Source: Saccharolobus solfataricus P2 (GTDB lineage: Archaea > Thermoproteota > Thermoprotei_A > Sulfolobales > Sulfolobaceae). From it: a DNA stretch of 64,000 nt. Under the pieces are notes generated by a model. It saw only the letters and a list, made by a program, of their open reading frames with translations. It was not told where the DNA came from and did not search any database. Shown in pieces: positions 49,604-61,628 of the stretch (position 1 is the stretch's first letter; each line of letters opens with the position of its first letter). Where the stretch lies: NCBI RefSeq assembly GCF_000007005.1, contig NC_002754.1; one strand, 5' to 3'. The position numbers were made by a program, and so were the translations under genes.

Positions 49604-50167
49604 ATGCAAACTACTTCAGTGGAAATTTACCTAAACATTTATTCATTTAGACGTGAGCTAGAACACTTTACCATAGAAGAGGAAAGGGACGAATGGTTAA
49701 TTGTAAAAGATAAAGCCAATGAAAAGTATATTGTAAAAGAGTTTGCTGATTACGGGATTTTAATATATCCTATTTACGATTTGAAAGATGATATATTATC
49801 TTCATTTTCCTTCCAGCTATCCTCAGTTAGCAAACTTAAAGAAGTTCTCTACACACCGGAAAAGTGGATTGATAGGCTGGATTTAAGAATAAACGATAAT
49901 AGTATAGAAGTCACTTCGTTAATATTAGATTATTTAACAGGAATAGATATTATAAACTCCTTAATATCTAGCTTTGGCTTCGAATATGCTCAACTGGATG
50001 ATAACTCCTTGATTATTAAAATACGCATATCTAGACCCTTGAATCACACTTTATTGGATTCCTATATTAAAGCGATTTGGCATATGCTAGAATTGTACTA
50101 TAGTGTAAAAAAAGCACAAGAGGATATTGCGTCTAAGATTACTCTAAATTATATAAAAAGCATATAA
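49604..50167 (+). CDS. Hypothetical protein, 187 aa
   Basis: Intact ORF upstream of the radical SAM gene. Confidence 0.7.
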   Translation: MQTTSVEIYLNIYSFRRELEHFTIEEERDEWLIVKDKANEKYIVKEFADYGILIYPIYDLKDDILSSFSFQLSSVSKLKEVLYTPEKWIDRLDLRINDNSIEVTSLILDYLTGIDIINSLISSFGFEYAQLDDNSLIIKIRISRPLNHTLLDSYIKAIWHMLELYYSVKKAQEDIASKITLNYIKSI

Positions 50168-50191
50168 AAACGTCCCCGCTTTTGGTATACT

Positions 50192-51244
50192 ATGTTATGG
50201 CTTCTAATGACAACCGGGAAATGCAACCTTAAGTGTGATTACTGTGGAGGGTCTTTTCCAGATAATGTTGTACCTTACGGTATTAAATATGATATTAATT
50301 CAGTCAAAAAGCTCATAGAGAAAGATAAGGATTCCACAATAATATTCTACGGTGGTGAACCATTGCTTAATTATAAATTTGTAATGGCCGTTTTAGATAA
50401 TGTAAGAGCGAAGAGATATGGGATACAAACTAATGGTATTGCAGTAAGGCTCCTTCCGGAAAGATATTGGAGGAAAATAAATGTAGCCTTATTATCTATA
50501 GATGGTAGAGAGGAAATTACTAACAAGCATAGGGGTAAAGGTATCTATAAGGCGGTTCTGCGATCGGCGAAATATCTTAAGGATCTAGGTGTTGAAACGA
50601 TAGCTAGGATGACAGTTACGCAGGATACTGATATCTTTACCGATGTTATGCATCTAATAGATTTAGGACTATTTGATAAAGTGCATTGGCAATTAGATGT
50701 AATATGGAGTGAAGAATGGGATTTCAAAAGTTGGTCTTTTTCATACTTGAATGGGATAAAAAGACTAACTGACTACTTCCTTTCAGAACTAAGAAAGGGA
50801 AGAGTAGTAAAAATAATACCCATATTAGGTGTAATTAGCGCTCATTTCTTTGAGGGATATAAGGGTTCTCCATGCGGTGCTGGATATTCCTCAGTTACCG
50901 TTACTCCCGATGGGAGAATACTTTCTTGTCCGATAGCGGTAAGAGAAAAATGGGCTGAGTTAGGCAACGTAAATTTAGGGTATAGGCTCTTAGAAGATCC
51001 ATTACCGGATGATTGTAAGAGATGCGAGTTCAAACGATACTGTGGTGGAAGATGTTTATATGCACAAAAGGAGAGATACTGGGGGGAGGAGGGGTTTAAG
51101 GCTGTGGATGAGGTTAATAAGGAATATCTTCGTACGGTACTCTCAATAATACCCGAAATTGAAAGACTTATCAGAGATGGCTACATAAGACTTAGTGATT
51201 TGTACTACAATCCAATACTTGATTCAACTGAGATCATACCTTAA
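50192..51244 (+). CDS. Radical SAM/SPASM protein (archaeal AF0577-like family)
   Basis: Motifs CNLKCDYC and FYGGEPL; SPASM cysteines CGAG, CPI and [14 protein letters not shown]. Confidence 0.88.
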   Translation: MLWLLMTTGKCNLKCDYCGGSFPDNVVPYGIKYDINSVKKLIEKDKDSTIIFYGGEPLLNYKFVMAVLDNVRAKRYGIQTNGIAVRLLPERYWRKINVALLSIDGREEITNKHRGKGIYKAVLRSAKYLKDLGVETIARMTVTQDTDIFTDVMHLIDLGLFDKVHWQLDVIWSEEWDFKSWSFSYLNGIKRLTDYFLSELRKGRVVKIIPILGVISAHFFEGYKGSPCGAGYSSVTVTPDGRILSCPIAVREKWAELGNVNLGYRLLEDPLPDDCKRCEFKRYCGGRCLYAQKERYWGEEGFKAVDEVNKEYLRTVLSIIPEIERLIRDGYIRLSDLYYNPILDSTEIIP

Positions 51245-51269
51245 AAACTCTTTGTGTACAATATATTAT

Positions 51270-51965
51270 ATGAGTGTTAAATTCGAGGAAAGTAGTAGAT
51301 TATTAGAGGCTATAAAAAGTATGTTAGCCTCGGCTACTTCTTCCATTTTAATAGTTACATACGGTATTGATCAAGAAGCCGCTTCTGAAATACTGACTAA
51401 AGCTGCAAGTGGAGTTAACACAGTCCTAGTCACAGCTGATAAGGATTGGGCAAGATGGTTGAAAAACCAAGCTGAGGCTTATAAAAAAGATGAAGAGAAA
51501 AGGTTGTATAGAGAGCTGAGAAGAAATGAGACCATTTACACGCAGATAATCTATTTTACTCTAATTATTTCTATAGCAATCGCCATAATAGATATTATCC
51601 TTTATTTCATGATGGGTACTCTCGTCTATTATGATGTTCCTTTATCAATAATTGCTATTGGGTTCCTAATCTACTATGGAATAAGAAGGAGGAAGGAAGC
51701 CTTATCTCAAATAAGCATATTGAGGGAGAGTGCTCAGAACTTCGTACAAGAGGTAGGTCAAATCAGGCAGAAGATTAAAGAGAAGTTGAAAATTATAGAA
51801 ATCGATAATCAAGTTTCCTTTTCAATTGTTTCTTGTGACGATAAAACTATTCTATTTAGTGCACCTCTTAAGTTTTCAATGGAGAAATCCTCAGTTCATG
51901 TGGTTATGGAAATATCTAAACAACTCGCCGATCAGTTAGTTAATCTTATACTAAAAATAAGCTAG
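51270..51965 (+). CDS. Membrane protein: PLD/TrmB-like alpha/beta fold interrupted by two TM helices
   Basis: N-terminal ATSSILIVTY...VLVT, central TM hairpin, C-terminal SIVSCDDKTILFS. Start trimmed to MSVKFEE. Confidence 0.55.
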   Translation: MSVKFEESSRLLEAIKSMLASATSSILIVTYGIDQEAASEILTKAASGVNTVLVTADKDWARWLKNQAEAYKKDEEKRLYRELRRNETIYTQIIYFTLIISIAIAIIDIILYFMMGTLVYYDVPLSIIAIGFLIYYGIRRRKEALSQISILRESAQNFVQEVGQIRQKIKEKLKIIEIDNQVSFSIVSCDDKTILFSAPLKFSMEKSSVHVVMEISKQLADQLVNLILKIS

Positions 51966-52094
51966 GAAGTCTTTAGAACAGCTTAATGTCTGGCACATAA
52001 TAAAGATATTGTAATAAGTAGTAGAGCATTGTTTAATAAATTCTTCTACTATTGATATTTTTTAGAAGTATATGGAGTAAAATGTAAATTCCGT

Positions 52095-53138
52095 CTAGGT
52101 ATTTAAATTATTACTTCCTACTAGTTCACTATATAACTCGTCAATTTTTCTCACTAACGTACTATTACTAACTCCTCTGATGAAAGCCATTATCGTTGAT
52201 CCTCCAGCTCCTACCCCCTCCTTAACATAGCCTTTTTCGTACGTTCTTATTCCTTCATGAATAGAAATTGAAAGATCTAACATACTCGCCAGTACCTTAA
52301 CTCCTACTTGTTTTGCTAAACTTAACATGTCCGCAGATTTATCTTCCACTATCCACTTTGTGGTACCAATTATAATATCTTTTAACTTACTCTTATCGAA
52401 TTCATTAACTATGGCAGCAGCAGCTGTCATTTGAGTCCCTCCAGCTAATAAAATCTTTCCTCTAAATCCTAAAGATATTCCAGCTACGCCCAATAGGACG
52501 GGATCAGAAACTTTAGCTAATCTTTGCAAAGGATCTGTTGGCAAATTCCTCAACGCTTCTTCCACAACTTTTCTTTTTAATTCCTTCGGATTATCAGGAG
52601 ATGCTGAACTCACTTTATCCATAGCGTCATAACCTAATGCCAAAAGAGTAGCCATTGCAGTGGTTGTACCAGCTGGTATTGATTCTCCAATCATAATAAG
52701 TTCGTATTCATTAGATAGCTCTTCGCCTAATTTGATGCCATTTTCAATTATAATATTCACTTTTTCTATGGAGAGTGCTTGTTTTCTAATATCTTTTCCA
52801 GGCTCACCTTGAAGATCTATATATGGAATCTTAGGTGTTATTCTACTTCCTGCATTTACTACAATTTTTAAGGACTTTGTGAAAGATAGTGATGCTCTTG
52901 TTAATAAAGCAGGTGTTGGTATTCCAGTAGGACTAACTGGAATAGTATTTATGCTTTTACATTTACCTAGAATCACGTATTCAGCGTCAGCAGCAGGTGT
53001 AAAGTGAGTTAATTCTGGAGTTGCCCCAGCTATGGTTAACCCTGGAATTAGGCTGACGTCAGTAGTTCCTATTACTAATATATAGGCGAAATCTTTATTT
53101 AGGGTAAAAGTTTCAGCTCCAAAATATGCCTTAATCAT
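52095..53138 (-). CDS. cobT: Nicotinate mononucleotide-dependent phosphoribosyltransferase, archaeal CobT
   Basis: Motifs GESIPAGTTTA, LAGGTQM and VKEGVGAGG. Confidence 0.9.
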   Translation of the reverse strand: MIKAYFGAETFTLNKDFAYILVIGTTDVSLIPGLTIAGATPELTHFTPAADAEYVILGKCKSINTIPVSPTGIPTPALLTRASLSFTKSLKIVVNAGSRITPKIPYIDLQGEPGKDIRKQALSIEKVNIIIENGIKLGEELSNEYELIMIGESIPAGTTTAMATLLALGYDAMDKVSSASPDNPKELKRKVVEEALRNLPTDPLQRLAKVSDPVLLGVAGISLGFRGKILLAGGTQMTAAAAIVNEFDKSKLKDIIIGTTKWIVEDKSADMLSLAKQVGVKVLASMLDLSISIHEGIRTYEKGYVKEGVGAGGSTIMAFIRGVSNSTLVRKIDELYSELVGSNNLNT

Positions 53139-53177
53139 TTTCGGTGCATATAAATAATTTCACGTATATAAAAATTT

Positions 53178-53543
53178 GTGAGTTTTTGGGAGTATTATAG
53201 AATGGTTGAAAAGGGAACTTTAGTAAGTATTGAGGAGTTCAAAAGTAATCGTAAATTAAAGGAAAGTGTTAAGAACGGGATAAAAGGTTTAGTGAAGTTA
53301 CTTTTTCAAGAGGCTGATAAGATAATTAAATTTGACTCTAACGAGGATTTGATATTTCAATTGATGAAATTAGGATTAATTTCACCTACTTTGGCTCAAG
53401 AACTTCTTGACATTCTTAAAATTGCTGATAATCTAGATAATGTTGATGACGAAATCTTATACAGTATGCTCGTAAGAATTATGGAAGATGTTGAAGAGGC
53501 CATAAATAATATAGGGAAATATATGGTTAAAAATTCTAGTTGA
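53178..53543 (+). CDS. HEPN/DUF86-like domain protein lacking the R-X4-H motif
   Basis: All-helical 121 aa; LMKLGLIS...DDEILY follows the DUF86 pattern, but RNxxxH is absent. Confidence 0.55.
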   Translation: MSFWEYYRMVEKGTLVSIEEFKSNRKLKESVKNGIKGLVKLLFQEADKIIKFDSNEDLIFQLMKLGLISPTLAQELLDILKIADNLDNVDDEILYSMLVRIMEDVEEAINNIGKYMVKNSS

Positions 53544-54666
53544 ATTTTCTTTCGAGTTCTGAGATTTTCTCAATAGTCTTTTGAACTTCCTCCTCTGTAT
53601 TGTAGAAGTGCGTTGATATCCTTATCCCTTCTCCTCTTGGCGACACAACTATGTTTTCCTTTAATAGTTCCTTCGCTATCTCTTTAGGTTTTTTAACCTT
53701 TACTATGACAATTCCAGCTCTCTTATCCTCTGGAGTGATTACCTCCATGCTATGGTCCTTTGCTAATCTTATTGCAAATTGGGAAAGATTCGTCACTGAA
53801 CTCTCAATTAATTCCATATTTTCGCCTATTATTTCGCAAGACTTTGCAAGTGATAAGTTTGCAGCTAAATCTACTGTACCTATTTCAAATCTTCTAGGAC
53901 CCTTCTCTAATGTAAACTTATTTGGATTAAAATCCAAGTAATCAGCACTAGTTTTCCATCCATAAAACGGTGGATCTTCTATCAATCCTCTTTTAACATA
54001 GATAAATCCGGATCCTTGTGGACTCATTAACCATTTATATCCTCCAGCAATAGCGAAATCTATACCAAGTTCCTTTACATTTATTTTGACTGCACCAGCA
54101 CTCTGTATGATATCTAATAGAACTAGAGTATTGTTCTCCCTTGCGGCTTTTACAATTTTTCTAACATCTACTTTCAGACCAGTATTAAAGCTAACATGGC
54201 TTATTGCAACTAATCTAGTATTTTTATCAATATGTGATATTATATCTTCCTCAAAGGTATAGGGATTAGTCTCTACTATATTTATCTTGACTCCTTTTTT
54301 CGTTAATTTCAAAAATGGGTACACTACAGTTGGGAACTCAAGGTTATCTGTTACTATATTATCATCTCCCTTCCATTCTAGCCCATGTGCAACTAAGTTT
54401 ACCCCATAACTAGTATTTGGAATTAGCGAAATCTCATCTGAGTATGCTCCTACCAAATTGGATATTTTAGACCTTATGTGATACAGTTCATCCTCTTCCT
54501 CTTCATTAACAGCTATGCTTCCCCTATTTGCAACTTCATATAAATATCTGTAAGCCTCAAATAACGACGGTAAAGGTGTGGGTGACACTGATGCATGATT
54601 TAAATATACGTATTTTCTGGTAACGGGTACGTTTTCCCTAAATTCTCTCGGATCTCTTAATCTCAT
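53536..54666 (-). CDS. Class V PLP-dependent aminotransferase (cysteine desulfurase-like)
   Basis: Motifs [25 protein letters not shown] and RISTHFYN. Confidence 0.92.
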   Translation of the reverse strand: MRLRDPREFRENVPVTRKYVYLNHASVSPTPLPSLFEAYRYLYEVANRGSIAVNEEEEDELYHIRSKISNLVGAYSDEISLIPNTSYGVNLVAHGLEWKGDDNIVTDNLEFPTVVYPFLKLTKKGVKINIVETNPYTFEEDIISHIDKNTRLVAISHVSFNTGLKVDVRKIVKAARENNTLVLLDIIQSAGAVKINVKELGIDFAIAGGYKWLMSPQGSGFIYVKRGLIEDPPFYGWKTSADYLDFNPNKFTLEKGPRRFEIGTVDLAANLSLAKSCEIIGENMELIESSVTNLSQFAIRLAKDHSMEVITPEDKRAGIVIVKVKKPKEIAKELLKENIVVSPRGEGIRISTHFYNTEEEVQKTIEKISELERKFN

Positions 54667-56353
54667 TTTTGATCTCCTTTAATATTTCTGGGTCTTCCAA
54701 TATAGTTTCATCTATTTCTTTTCCCAATAATAAATCTCTCAAAACTCTTCTAACTATTTTACCACTTCGAGACTTCGGTAGTCTTTCAACCTTATATATT
54801 TTGTCAATGACATATATAGGCCCCAACATTTCCCTAACCTTTGTTGCTACTATTCTTTCGTCTACGTTTCCCACATAAAATACTACTAATTTTTCACCCT
54901 TTATCTCATCCGGTATTCCTACAGCAGCTGATTCAATTATTCCTTGCAAGGAATTTATTACACTTTCTACTTCTCCACTAGTTATTCTATGTCCAGCTAT
55001 CTTTATCATATCGTCATCTCTACCAACTATTTTAACATAACCTTTCTCATCAATTATGGCTAGATCCCCAGTATCGTGGCTGTTGAATTTTTCAAAATAG
55101 CTTAAAAATTTGTCTTCATCTTTCCAAATTCCAATAAATTGGGTAGGAAATGGTTCTCTTGCGACTAGATGACCAATATGTCCTCTTAAACTTTTCCCAT
55201 TTTCGTCTACTGTGTCTATAACTGCAGCTGGAAATGGCAATCCAGCATATCCTATTTTTGGTTCTACACCATCTAACGCATAAGGATAGCCTATTACATA
55301 ACCTAACTCAGTTTGCCCATATACATCTGCAACTCTATCAGAAAACCTTAATGCGTATTTCCATGCAGTTTCATCCATTATCTCTCCTGCTGTGGCTATA
55401 AACTCCACTCTTGGAAGTTTCACATCTAACTTTTGTAAAGTTCTAAGGAGTGTAGGGGATGTAAATAATACTTTAGGCTGTAACTCGTCAATAATTTTTG
55501 GCAATCTATCCGATGGATAGTCTGGCGCTCCTTCCATAAATGCCAACGTGGAGCCATGCATTAGAGTTCCATACATTATTCTTGAGAACGTTATCCATCC
55601 CACATCTGCAGTTGTTAGAACTATATCGTCACTCTTTAATGAAAACATTAAGTCAAATACTGTATAATCTCCTACCATCCAAGCTCCATGTGGTAAGATT
55701 ACACCTTTAGGTTTACCCGTTGTTCCAGAAGTATACATTATTTTCAATGGTTCATTACTTTCTATTTTCTCAAATTCTTTATATTCTCTTGTATAGTCAA
55801 ATTGCGAGGAGTCCCTCGGAAATACTATATTGGCTAAGTTAGTATATAGTTTTATTTCCTTTCCCCTTCTGAATGTCTTATCTATGGAGATTACTAATTT
55901 AGGTTCCAGATTTGAAATCCTACTTACTATAGCATTTATTCCTAATCCTGCAAAAATGAGCGTATAAATTGCTCCTAGTCTAGCCGCAGCTAGTATCGTA
56001 GCTATCGTACATATTGAGTTAGGCATATAAATCGCAATTCTATCTCCTCTTCTTACCCCTTTATCTAGTAATAATCCAGCAATCATTGAACTCATATTAT
56101 TTAACTCATCGAATGTAATTTCATCTCCTTTATGTTTATTCTCTTGGTAAAATATAAGGGCCTTACCACCGTGATTAAGGGCGTTATATGCAATATTTGT
56201 AGTACCGTTAATGAACCATTTAGCTATGGGTAATTGTTTATTTTTTTCTATGACTTTTTCCCATTTCTTAAAGAATGATAACCTATTAGCAAACGTTTCC
56301 CAGTAGGTTTCTGGTTTTTCTAAGGAAAGGTCGTAAAGTGTGTAGTAGTCCAT
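54638..56353 (-). CDS. AMP-forming acetyl/acyl-CoA synthetase
   Basis: Motifs [27 protein letters not shown] and [11 protein letters not shown]. Confidence 0.92.
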   Translation of the reverse strand: MDYYTLYDLSLEKPETYWETFANRLSFFKKWEKVIEKNKQLPIAKWFINGTTNIAYNALNHGGKALIFYQENKHKGDEITFDELNNMSSMIAGLLLDKGVRRGDRIAIYMPNSICTIATILAAARLGAIYTLIFAGLGINAIVSRISNLEPKLVISIDKTFRRGKEIKLYTNLANIVFPRDSSQFDYTREYKEFEKIESNEPLKIMYTSGTTGKPKGVILPHGAWMVGDYTVFDLMFSLKSDDIVLTTADVGWITFSRIMYGTLMHGSTLAFMEGAPDYPSDRLPKIIDELQPKVLFTSPTLLRTLQKLDVKLPRVEFIATAGEIMDETAWKYALRFSDRVADVYGQTELGYVIGYPYALDGVEPKIGYAGLPFPAAVIDTVDENGKSLRGHIGHLVAREPFPTQFIGIWKDEDKFLSYFEKFNSHDTGDLAIIDEKGYVKIVGRDDDMIKIAGHRITSGEVESVINSLQGIIESAAVGIPDEIKGEKLVVFYVGNVDERIVATKVREMLGPIYVIDKIYKVERLPKSRSGKIVRRVLRDLLLGKEIDETILEDPEILKEIKNEIKRSERI

Positions 56354-56410
56354 ATCTTTTACTTCTTATAACTTTTTAATTTGTTTTTATGATTAGAAGA
56401 AGCATTGCAA

Positions 56411-56887
56411 TCACTCCATTATTCTTCTCTTTACTACTTTTCCACCACAATATGGGCACTCTCCATGGTCTATGTTAAATTCTCTTTTACAGTTGACGCA
56501 GACATATTTGAATTTGAAGGATTTTTCCACTTTTTTATTGATTTTGACTGACGAGAATTGTATTCCAAGTTGTTTAAGTATATTTTGTACGGACAAGTCA
56601 TCAGTAAATACAATTGACGGTTGTAGATCTAGGGCAAGTGCAATCACTGATATATCTGTATTAGATAGTTTTCTCTCTTTGGTAAGATTTAATACTTTAG
56701 TTACTTTTTCTACACTTCTTGTAGAAGGCTTCATTATTATTACCTTTCCAGACGATATAGCAATTTCCAGGTTAAATCTGGAGTATTTATCCTTTATTTC
56801 ATTTATGACCTCCTGCGTAGTATAGACTCTATCTAAAGAGAGTTGCAGTCCAGATAAAAACCCTGAGGTATCAAATATGATATGCAT
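56411..56887 (-). CDS. nob1: Nob1-family PIN ribonuclease with Zn ribbon
   Basis: PIN motifs [13 protein letters not shown] and TDD; Zn ribbon CVNC...CPYCG. Confidence 0.88.
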   Translation of the reverse strand: MHIIFDTSGFLSGLQLSLDRVYTTQEVINEIKDKYSRFNLEIAISSGKVIIMKPSTRSVEKVTKVLNLTKERKLSNTDISVIALALDLQPSIVFTDDLSVQNILKQLGIQFSSVKINKKVEKSFKFKYVCVNCKREFNIDHGECPYCGGKVVKRRIME

Positions 56888-57620
56888 GTAATACTTCTCC
56901 TATTAAGTCTAGTTTGAAAAATCTTAAGATTTTTGCCTTGTGTTGAGAGACTCTTACCGTAATTTCTTGATTAGTTTTTATTAAGGTAACTACTTCACCA
57001 TCTACCACTACTCTGGCTGTTTGAGGATACCCCTTATCTTCTAATCTTAGGATTAGAGACTTTGGTGGTATTACAACCGATCTTAGATAGTAGAAAATTG
57101 GATTAACGAATATTATCTCTATCGCGTTTAGGTCTTTATATAGCAAGGAGTTGGTTGCAGACATGCCCCAACCACTACTTCCTTGTGGTGTTGATACTAA
57201 AACTCCGTCTCCTTCCACTGAGACTCTTTCAGTATCGAAGCTTATTCCAACTTTTATAGCCTCTGGTCTATCGTATAAGATTCCTATCTCGTTAAATCCT
57301 AATTCTACCTTATCATTATGTACCATTTCCAATAGCATGTATTCTTCCTCGTTATAATCTCCCTTTTTTAGCCTCAGAAGAGCGTCCTCAATCTTATCCA
57401 CAGGTACATCCATTAGTAGTCCTCTCCTTCCAGCTTTTATCGCAATCACTGGCTTACCTAGCTTAACTGCTCTTAATAACGTTCCATCTCCACCTACTGC
57501 AATGACATAATCGAAATCAATATCTACCACTTCAAAACCTAATTTATTAGAAATATTCTTAATTTTTTCTACAGTGTAATTAAGTTGTGAAGTAGGCTTA
57601 CTTACAATCTTAACTCTCAT
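56871..57620 (-). CDS. nadK: NAD kinase
   Basis: Motifs GGDGTLL, GFNE and [15 protein letters not shown]. Confidence 0.93.
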   Translation of the reverse strand: MRVKIVSKPTSQLNYTVEKIKNISNKLGFEVVDIDFDYVIAVGGDGTLLRAVKLGKPVIAIKAGRRGLLMDVPVDKIEDALLRLKKGDYNEEEYMLLEMVHNDKVELGFNEIGILYDRPEAIKVGISFDTERVSVEGDGVLVSTPQGSSGWGMSATNSLLYKDLNAIEIIFVNPIFYYLRSVVIPPKSLILRLEDKGYPQTARVVVDGEVVTLIKTNQEITVRVSQHKAKILRFFKLDLIGEVLHAYHI

Positions 57621-57720
57621 TTTGTTCTCATATTCATCGGAAATACTAATATTCTTTTCCTCTTACATCTGATGCATAGGAAAATTTAATAGCGTAATTT
57701 TTGATTCATCCAATGCAACA

Positions 57721-58788
57721 ATGAAAGGCATAAAAATCATAGTCGCGAGGGTCATCTACGCTATACATTGGTTTTATCTTGCTCCCCTAATACCTTTTCT
57801 AGCAGGTAAACTTAATTTATCGTTGCAAATCGTTGGTTTAATTCCTCTTTCTTTCTTTTTAGGCTCTGGTATTATGCAAATACCTTCTGCCTTTTTATCA
57901 ACTAGAATAGGATTAAGGAACACTTTACTCCTAGGTCTTTTTATAATGAGTATATCACCACTATTGATACCGTTATCATCCAATTTTATTGAACTACTGA
58001 TATTTTACCTAATGGACGGTGTTGGTGCTTCAATGTTCTTTTCCACCGGAGGTGGGATTTTAGCTTCATTGAATAGGGACTCTCCTAGTTTAGCCTTAGG
58101 TTTATATAATGCATCTTTTGCAGTTGGAGGACTTATAGGTTTAAATTGGTATATTGTGTTTGGAAACTATTTATCATTTTACATCTTATCAATTTTAACT
58201 TTTCTTTCACTTATTATTAATGTAAATAACTCAAACCTAAAACCGTGTTGGAGAATAATAAGGGATAATAGGATAGTAATTCTAGGGATTTCGATAGCTG
58301 GAATATGGGGAGTTTATTACGTTATAGGAGAATTATATCCCACATTTGCATATTATTACTTGCATCTAAACTTAATCGATTCAAGCTTGTTCACTTCACT
58401 GCTACTTGTTTCCTCAGTTATAGGTGGAAGTTTAACATTTTTAGCAGATAGAAAGATCAAGAAGTTTAACCTCCTTATAATTTCCTCGCTTCTAGGTTCA
58501 GTCCCTTCTCTTCTTCTCTATACGAAGGTCTATTTGCTAGGTATTGTAATAACTGGTATTTTTAATGAACTAGCAATATCGGTACTGTACTCGATAATAG
58601 CTAGTTTGCAAAGGGATGCAAATGCAACCATGGGGTTAGCATTGGTTAATTCACTAAATATTTTAATTGGAATGAATTTTGAGCTACTTGCTTCATATTC
58701 GGGTTATTATATGTGGATTGCGGTTAATATTATAGGACTACTATTATTTTCACTTATAGTGTTGGTTAGACAGAATATCTCAATTTGA
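57721..58788 (+). CDS. MFS transporter
   Basis: About 12 TM segments; motif-A-like STRIGLRN. Confidence 0.85.
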   Translation: MKGIKIIVARVIYAIHWFYLAPLIPFLAGKLNLSLQIVGLIPLSFFLGSGIMQIPSAFLSTRIGLRNTLLLGLFIMSISPLLIPLSSNFIELLIFYLMDGVGASMFFSTGGGILASLNRDSPSLALGLYNASFAVGGLIGLNWYIVFGNYLSFYILSILTFLSLIINVNNSNLKPCWRIIRDNRIVILGISIAGIWGVYYVIGELYPTFAYYYLHLNLIDSSLFTSLLLVSSVIGGSLTFLADRKIKKFNLLIISSLLGSVPSLLLYTKVYLLGIVITGIFNELAISVLYSIIASLQRDANATMGLALVNSLNILIGMNFELLASYSGYYMWIAVNIIGLLLFSLIVLVRQNISI

Positions 58789-59119
58789 CTCGTACTTGAA
58801 ATACTTTACTCTCGTTTATTAACTCTAGATTTCCGCTTTCGTTCAATAGGCGTATTTTAAAGATTTTCTGCTTCGGTCCACTATTCACTCTTATTGTTAT
58901 CCAAGGGTTAACTCCATATACTAAGACAGATACTTTTCCATCTATTTTGACAGTTCTAGTACTAGAAGGCAATAACAATACCTCCTCTTCTCTATATTTC
59001 TCACCGACGTATTTTGTTCCCTCAGTTATAATGATATTATAATATTTGAACCACAAATAAGTCAGAATAGGCAAAGGTACAGCTAAAATTACTATATTAA
59101 GTTGTGTGTAATCAGTCAT
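58766..59119 (-). CDS. Hypothetical protein with N-terminal TM helix
   Basis: ATG-initiated ORF converging on the MFS gene. Confidence 0.6.
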   Translation of the reverse strand: MTDYTQLNIVILAVPLPILTYLWFKYYNIIITEGTKYVGEKYREEEVLLLPSSTRTVKIDGKVSVLVYGVNPWITIRVNSGPKQKIFKIRLLNESGNLELINESKVFQVRVKLRYSV

Positions 59120-59205
59120 ATATATATCTTTACGTTATTTGGTAATAAAAATTTGCACTAAGGTTTAAATAGTATAAATACTACAACCTAATAGGTGGTG
59201 TATAA

Positions 59206-60204
59206 GTGGATGAATACGATATAGTTGTAATTGGAGGTGGCCCAGTAGGTCTATTCGGTACTTTTTATGCAGGATTAAGAGATATGAAAACATTATTGAT
59301 AGATGCTCAAGATGAGCTAGGCGGTCAACTAGTATCATTATATCCAGAGAAAATTGTATATGATGTAGGTGGTTTGGCAGGAATCCAAGCTTATGAATTA
59401 GCTCAAAGGCTTATTGAGCAAGCTAAAATGTTTGGCCCAGATATAAAAGTTAATGAATTAGCTGACATGATAGAGAAAACTAACGATAACATGTGGATAG
59501 TTAAGACTGATAAAGCCACATACAAAACTAAGACTATTTTCATTGCAGCAGGTATAGGGAAGATAGTTCCTTCAAGGTTAGGGGCTAAAGGAGAGATCGA
59601 GTACGAGAATAGAGGGGTCTATTATACCGTAAGAAGGAAGAAAGACTTTGAGGGTAAGAGGGTATTAATAGTAGGTGGTGGAGATTCAGCAGTAGATTGG
59701 GCATTAACTTTAGCTCCAGTAGCTAAATCTGTGACATTAATACATAGAAGAGATCAATTTAGAGCTCATGAGAGAAGTGTAAAGGAGCTCTTTAGGGTAG
59801 CTAACGTTTATGTTTGGCATGAATTAAAAGAAGTTAAAGGGGATGGTAATAAGGTAACCCAAGCAATAATATTCGATAATAGGACAAAGGAGGAGAAAGT
59901 GTTAGATGTAGATAGTGTAATTATAAGTATAGGATACAAAGGTGATCTTGGTAATATTCCTAAATGGGGAGTAACCATGAAAGGTAGGGATATAGTCGTT
60001 AACGGTAGGATGGAAACTAACTTACCTGGTGTTTATGCTGGAGGGGATATTGTACAGATGGAAGGTTCTCCCAAGTTAGCGCTAATAGCTGTAGGTTTTG
60101 CTCATGCTGCCATCGCTATAAGTGTAGCCAAGAAGTATGTGGAGCCTAATGCATCCTTATTTGCCGGCCACAGTTCGGAAATGGACAAATTTAAACCTAA
60201 GTAA
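59206..60204 (+). CDS. Thioredoxin-reductase-like flavoprotein (ferredoxin-NADP+ reductase type, no CxxC)
   Basis: Motifs [28 protein letters not shown] and GVYAGGD. Confidence 0.9.
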
Positions 60205-60226
60205 TCATTCTTTTTCTCTAAATACA

Positions 60227-60967
60227 ATGAAGACTAAAAGGCTTAGTGAGTTTTTCCCTGGTGTAAGAAGTTATTATATCGTAGGCGAGATAGCCATAAT
60301 AACTCCTAAGCGAGTTAACGTGGATTATAATTTAGTTGCAGAAAAGATAATGCAAGCTCATCCTAAGATAAAGGCTGTATATCTTAAGAAGAAGGTGAAA
60401 GGTGAATTAAGAACAAACGAGTTAGAATTTTTGTCCGGAGAAAGAATATCTAGCACAATTTATAAGGAGAATGGAGTGTTGTTTTATGTAGATATAAATA
60501 AGGTTTACGTTAATCCTTCTCTTTCTGGAGATAGATTAAAAAACTTGGAACTTGTAGAAGAAGGAAGCACTGTATTAGACGCCTTTACTGGTTATGGCGC
60601 GATTGCGCTAAATATAGCTCATAAAAAAAGGGTTTATGTCGTTGCCGGGGATATTAATATTGATGGATTGTATATGCTCAAGAAGTCTTTAAGTCTGAAT
60701 AAGATAAAAGGTATGATAGATATCGTACAATACGATGCACATCATCTGCCATTTAGAGATAAGGTCTTTAAGTTATCTTTCGGTGATAATCCTACATTAA
60801 TAATTGATTTCAAAGAAGAGTTGTGCAGGGTTTCTGAAAATGTTGTATTTTACATTTTATGTGAATCCGAAGATAAGGCAAATTCGAGTTTAGGTCGAAC
60901 TTCTTGGATTAAGATTAACGACTATTCTAAGAATCTCTTTATCTTCAAGGGGTTGGTCAGATGCTAA
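60227..60967 (+). CDS. Trm5/TYW2 (Met-10+)-like SAM-dependent tRNA-modifying transferase
   Basis: Motifs YKENG, VLDAFTGYG and DIN. Start trimmed to MKTKRL. Confidence 0.8.
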   Translation: MKTKRLSEFFPGVRSYYIVGEIAIITPKRVNVDYNLVAEKIMQAHPKIKAVYLKKKVKGELRTNELEFLSGERISSTIYKENGVLFYVDINKVYVNPSLSGDRLKNLELVEEGSTVLDAFTGYGAIALNIAHKKRVYVVAGDINIDGLYMLKKSLSLNKIKGMIDIVQYDAHHLPFRDKVFKLSFGDNPTLIIDFKEELCRVSENVVFYILCESEDKANSSLGRTSWIKINDYSKNLFIFKGLVRC

Positions 60968-61375
60968 AATAATAATTTCTCCTTCAATTTCAGTTTTAAG
61001 TAAATCAATTATTTCCCTATTTATGTCTCTTGCAGCTTTATCTGAATTTATCATCACTGTTGATCCTTCTATAAAAGTAGACTTCCTAAATATAATTTTA
61101 TTTTGGTTTTCAAAAGTAAATTTAGATGACCCTCTACCATGAACTACGTCTAAGAACTCTTTCACTCTAATTACTCCATAAATAAAACTTTTATCATTTC
61201 TAGCAATTTTTTTTAAGTCCTCGCTTAGATCTCTGGCTCCTTTATTAGCTAATATTCCTATTATACAATCTCCCCTACTCGTTAGATAGTCATCCTTAGT
61301 TATTTCCAATGTAGTTTTGTGAAATGCTCTAACATTATGATGTCCTTTTATCTTTACTTTATCTATCGCTATCAA
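60890..61375 (-). CDS. DUF371 family protein
   Basis: Motifs GHHNVRAFHKTTLEIT, GDCIIG, IFRKS and DKAARD. Confidence 0.9.
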   Translation of the reverse strand: MIAIDKVKIKGHHNVRAFHKTTLEITKDDYLTSRGDCIIGILANKGARDLSEDLKKIARNDKSFIYGVIRVKEFLDVVHGRGSSKFTFENQNKIIFRKSTFIEGSTVMINSDKAARDINREIIDLLKTEIEGEIIILASDQPLEDKEILRIVVNLNPRSST

Positions 61376-61628
61376 TTTTAGCTAATATAAAAGTATATCC
61401 TCTAACCTCTATAAGTTTAGCCCCAACCATTTCTGCAACTCTTTTTGCGAATTCTTTTCGGTCATCAATTTCTTTAATCCCTATTTTTACCTTTACAACC
61501 TTATGTTCATTTAATCTTCTTTTTATTTCGTTTATCATACCTTCTGTTACACCATATTTTCCTATTCTTATATCTGCTCTTTCAGCTCTCGTTTTCTTTA
61601 TCAGATCTTTTATTTCCTGAGAGTACAT
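61359..61628 (-). CDS. YhbY/CRM RNA-binding protein
   Basis: Motifs IRIGKYGVT, HKVVKVK and EVRG. Confidence 0.9.
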   Translation of the reverse strand: MYSQEIKDLIKKTRAERADIRIGKYGVTEGMINEIKRRLNEHKVVKVKIGIKEIDDRKEFAKRVAEMVGAKLIEVRGYTFILAKIDSDR

